DNA of 63,444 nucleotides, the filler included, from Saprolegnia diclina VS20 (Eukaryota), in assembly GCF_000281045.1 (NCBI RefSeq). It is 4 parts of 3 records of this genome, joined end to end, with 100 filler letters (N's around TTAATTAATTAA, not from the genome) between each part and the next. Parts side by side here need not be neighbours in the genome. Positions count along the whole stretch, not along the records: positions 31,364 to 61,766 come from NW_008246075.1; positions 61,867 to 63,444 come from NW_008246076.1; 2 more parts are not named here. One strand, 5' to 3'. This document shows, one piece after another, positions 60,245 to 63,444 of this stretch. The notes under the pieces were generated by a model, which searched no databases, had not been told where the DNA came from, and was given only the letters and a program-made list of their open reading frames with translations. The first letter of the stretch is position 1; every line of letters begins with the position of its first letter. Both the position numbers and the translations under genes were made by a program.

Positions 60245-61766
60245 ATGTACACGGGGGCACTAGGCCGAGTGAACGCGCTCGAGTTCCGCAGCCCGTCCAA
60301 GGGAACGGTGCCTACACCCGCAGCCGTCGCGCCTGCGCCCAGCGACGTCTTTGAGCGAGCATTCTCCAAGGTGAAGGAGATTGCTCTGACTTCGCCGGAC
60401 TGCAGCAACTACACAGAAGGTGCGTCTCCCATTCGTCCTTGCATTCATATTTATCACTTTCGATAGCCGAACTCTTGGCATGCTTTTCGCTTCCGTCACC
60501 GGCTTCAAGGAGCCGTCGGCCGAGCGCGGCGAGTTGCGGCGGCACCCATGAGACCGATCACGCCGAGACGTCTTCAAGCTCCAGCGTCAACTCGCTGCTC
60601 AATTCACTCAGCACACTCGACCTTGCAACTGTCGCTGCTCATAGTCCGTCCCGTTGTCCCGTCATAACGCCCGCACCAAGCTTCACGTCTCTACTTACGT
60701 AGGCTCTCCGAGCAGCCGCGCTCGCAACTCTGTTTTGCACGACATCCCCGAGGCACTCTTCGAAGATGACGTGTCGCCGCGCGTCGACACGACCGAATTC
60801 ACCGAAGATGACGACGACGACGACGACACGACTAACAACGTGCGCGTCCTGTCGGCCAAAGAAGCTCACCGGCTGCTCCGCGGCGGTGGCTCGTTTGCGT
60901 CGCGCGTCAAGCAGCGCGCTCCACCCTCCATCGCGGAGATCGAGCTCGCCAAGCAAGCGCGCGTAGTCGAGAAGATCAACCGCCAGAGCATCGTTCGCCG
61001 CACAACGCTGCGACCCACGAGCAGTCGCGTGAGCTTTGCGCTGGACATGCCGCCACCGCCCGGCGCGACAATGACCGCGCCGCCGCCGCCCCGCGCCACG
61101 GTCGTCCTCAAGAAGCCGCCGGTGATACGAACTGCCCGAGCGTCCACCGTCGTTTCTCACACTCGCCAAGTGCTCGTGCGGCATGAGAAAGCTTCGTCGC
61201 AATCCGCGCTTGACGCTGCCAAGCGCGTGTACGCTCCGCTCCAGTCAAGAAGATGAATTATATGGTGAGTAGGAGCAACATGAAGCTCGGGACGTCGCCC
61301 AAGAAGGCCAAGGTCAAGCACGAAGACTTGATCACGTCCGTGCGCTGGAACAACCGGCCTCGCCGCCGACACCGACGCCTCGGCGACGAGTGTACGTGCT
61401 CGATCCACGTCACCACACGATTCAATATCTGCGGAATTAGTGATCAAACAGCAAGCGTCGCACGTGTCGCTGGACGTCGTAGATCGCATCGGCACCCGCG
61501 CCGCGTGCCCCGTGCATTTAATTACGGAGCAGCCGATTGTCGACTTTTCGTACGTGCCCGGCGTCGTCGACTCGCACAACCAGCCAACCAAGCGCAAGAG
61601 CATGCGCGTCAAGCGCGTCAAGCGGCCGTCGCTTTGGCTAGCCATGCATTGTACCTCGTAACGTACGCACACGAAGAAGTTCACCATCATCACCACGTTG
61701 AAATACGCTAAATGTTCAGGCACGTTGCAGCGCGGCTGTAGGTGGTTTGTCCCCCACGTTCTCTTG
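60245..61766 (+). CDS. Hypothetical Ser/Pro-rich protein, multi-exon, runs into a gap
   Basis: Successive + strand coding-like blocks separated by GT-AG introns (~60420-60466, ~60666-60702); no recognisable domain. Confidence 0.45.
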
Positions 61767-61866
61767 NNNNNNNNNNNNNNNNNNNNNNNNNNNNNNNNNN
61801 NNNNNNNNNNTTAATTAATTAANNNNNNNNNNNNNNNNNNNNNNNNNNNNNNNNNNNNNNNNNNNN
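61767..61866. other. Assembly gap with artificial linker
   Basis: N-TTAATTAATTAA-N. Confidence 0.97.
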
Positions 61867-61891
61867 TGTAGTTATGTCAACAACCCTACAG

Positions 61892-62434
61892 ACGACGCGG
61901 GTACACGATCATCGTGCTGCCGTGCAACGACGCTCGTACGCAAACGGTGGGCCTCGACGACCTCCCGACGCTTCCTCTCGGCCACCGCGCTGCGTTTCTC
62001 GGGCAGGTCAAGCTCGAGCTCGTGCCGGGTGTCGACACGACGCGGTTCATCGCGCTTGGCGGCCTGCAGCTCGATATCCTCCTTGCGGGGAAGCATCGAC
62101 TCATGAAGTGGAAGCGCGACGTCGAGAAACTGCTTGAAGCCTCCGCTGCGGTCCCGAGCAACCCGCCGACGACGCCCCAGCGCATCAGCGGGCGCTTCAT
62201 GGCGACTCCGTCGCCCCGTCGCATCGGCGGGCGCTTTATGGAATCTCCGTCGGCCCGAGGCTTGTCGCCACTGCCGACGCGATCACCCATCTTGATCGAC
62301 CACATTCCGCTGCCGTCGCCGGCGTCGTCGCCTGTCCAAAAGAAGAAGAAGGCCGGCGCGCGTCTCAAGGCGATGGCGGAGCTCGACCCGATCAAGGCCA
62401 TGAAGACGGCGTTCGACGATGCCAAGACGCCCAA
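61892..62434 (+). CDS. Partial exon of a hypothetical protein, possibly continuing the preceding gene
   Basis: Coding-like ORF bounded by gaps, preceded by an AG acceptor near 61891. Confidence 0.45.
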
Positions 62435-62676
62435 NNNNNNNNNNNNNNNNNNNNNNNNNNNNNNNNNNNNNNNNNNNNNNNNNNNNNNNNNNNNNNNNNN
62501 NNNNNNNNNNNNNNNNNNNNNNNNNNNNNNNNNNNNNNNNNNNNNNNNNNNNNNNNNNNNNNNNNNNNNNNNNNNNNNNNNNNNNNNNNNNNNNNNNNNN
62601 NNNNNNNNNNNNNNNNNNNNNNNNNNNNNNNNNNNNNNNNNNNNNNNNNNNNNNNNNNNNNNNNNNNNNNNNNNNN
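62435..62676. other. Assembly gap
   Basis: N run. Confidence 0.99.
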
Positions 62677-63444
62677 TTAGATATCTGAGAGAGAGTGGTC
62701 GGGTTTACGAGGTACATTAGACTGGGGCTGCTCTCAATTGAAGCCTTGTTGGAGGCAAGAAAAGGCGTGTCCGCTCATCGCGAGTGGCCGCTTCTATCGG
62801 ACGGGATAGATCAACGTTTATTGTTTATTGTCAAGTCTAACGTTTTGTCGCCAACAAGGCAGCGTACAATCCCCTATATGTGTCCCTGTAGGATCTGGAT
62901 AGACCCGGACCCCGCCCTCAGAGCTTGGGACCCTAGGGTAGGCCCTCGGACCTACGGCCCCCGAGTTTTGGCCCGCGCTTCGATCCGTGGCTATGTTTCG
63001 CGGCGTGTCGCTCAAGCTCTTTTCCATTGGTTCGGAAATGGTACAGTGCACGGCATCTTTAGCCAACATTGAAATGGGGTCCAAAACTGCCGCATACAAA
63101 TTTCCATAGAGCATAATTTCAATGAATTAAGCGCGTAGATCGACTGTTTGGCACAAGACGAAGCGATGTACGCGATCCGATTTTCAAAATTCTAAAAATT
63201 GAGGCAATGCATGGAGGCCAAAGTTGGCCGCTTTATACAGGGGATGTATGGGGCGGAGAGCCAAATTGCAACAAGTAAGGCCATTTTTCGCGTGCGAGCA
63301 ATATTATTTCATCATTTTCTCTATTTTATTGATTATATTTCATCACTTTGACTATTTTATAAATATTACTATCCGGCACATACCAGTTTTACTATGCCTA
63401 TAATCCGGATAAAGGCTGGACCGAATTTGAAACAAATGTGGTCT

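Noticed and set aside
62677..63444. Terminal segment grading to AT-rich sequence, possible transposon end
   Set aside because: Only one side is visible; no partner repeat or coding evidence in the window.
1..63444. CRISPR arrays, tRNA or rRNA genes
   Set aside because: No regularly spaced repeat-spacer array or recognisable structural RNA gene was seen by eye; a covariance-model scan was not possible.

Overview
GC-rich, gene-dense eukaryotic genomic DNA with many short GT-AG introns. Gene content and style point to an oomycete, probably Saprolegniales (inference). The window has five assembly gaps, three carrying an artificial TTAATTAATTAA linker, so adjacency across them is not guaranteed. 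The ordinary arms encode a thrombospondin-repeat membrane protein, an SLC37-like MFS transporter, a LysE-like protein, CCDC103- and CFAP97D-like flagellar genes, a C2-PH-ankyrin-WW-FH2 formin-like protein, a multi-saposin protein, a SET methyltransferase, beta-carbonic anhydrase, G3P dehydrogenase, DCAF13/Sof1, SmD2, an SMP-domain protein, a METTL21-like enzyme, two tandem GNPTAB/Stealth genes, a sirtuin, two PPR-like paralogs, an NDUFAF7-like enzyme, acyl-CoA oxidase and Arv1. About 15.6-31.3 kb is a rearranged accessory region. Its most striking feature is an inverted pair of unknown-function genes (19565-20458 +, 23301-24398 -). Their ~740-bp upstream regions and their ~560-bp C-terminal/3' regions are near-identical, while the coding sequence in between is strongly divergent, with the identity breaking 2 nt before the ATG. 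A decayed DIRS-type (RT-RNaseH-tyrosine recombinase) retroelement lies between them. All family calls come from motif recognition by eye; no searches were run.
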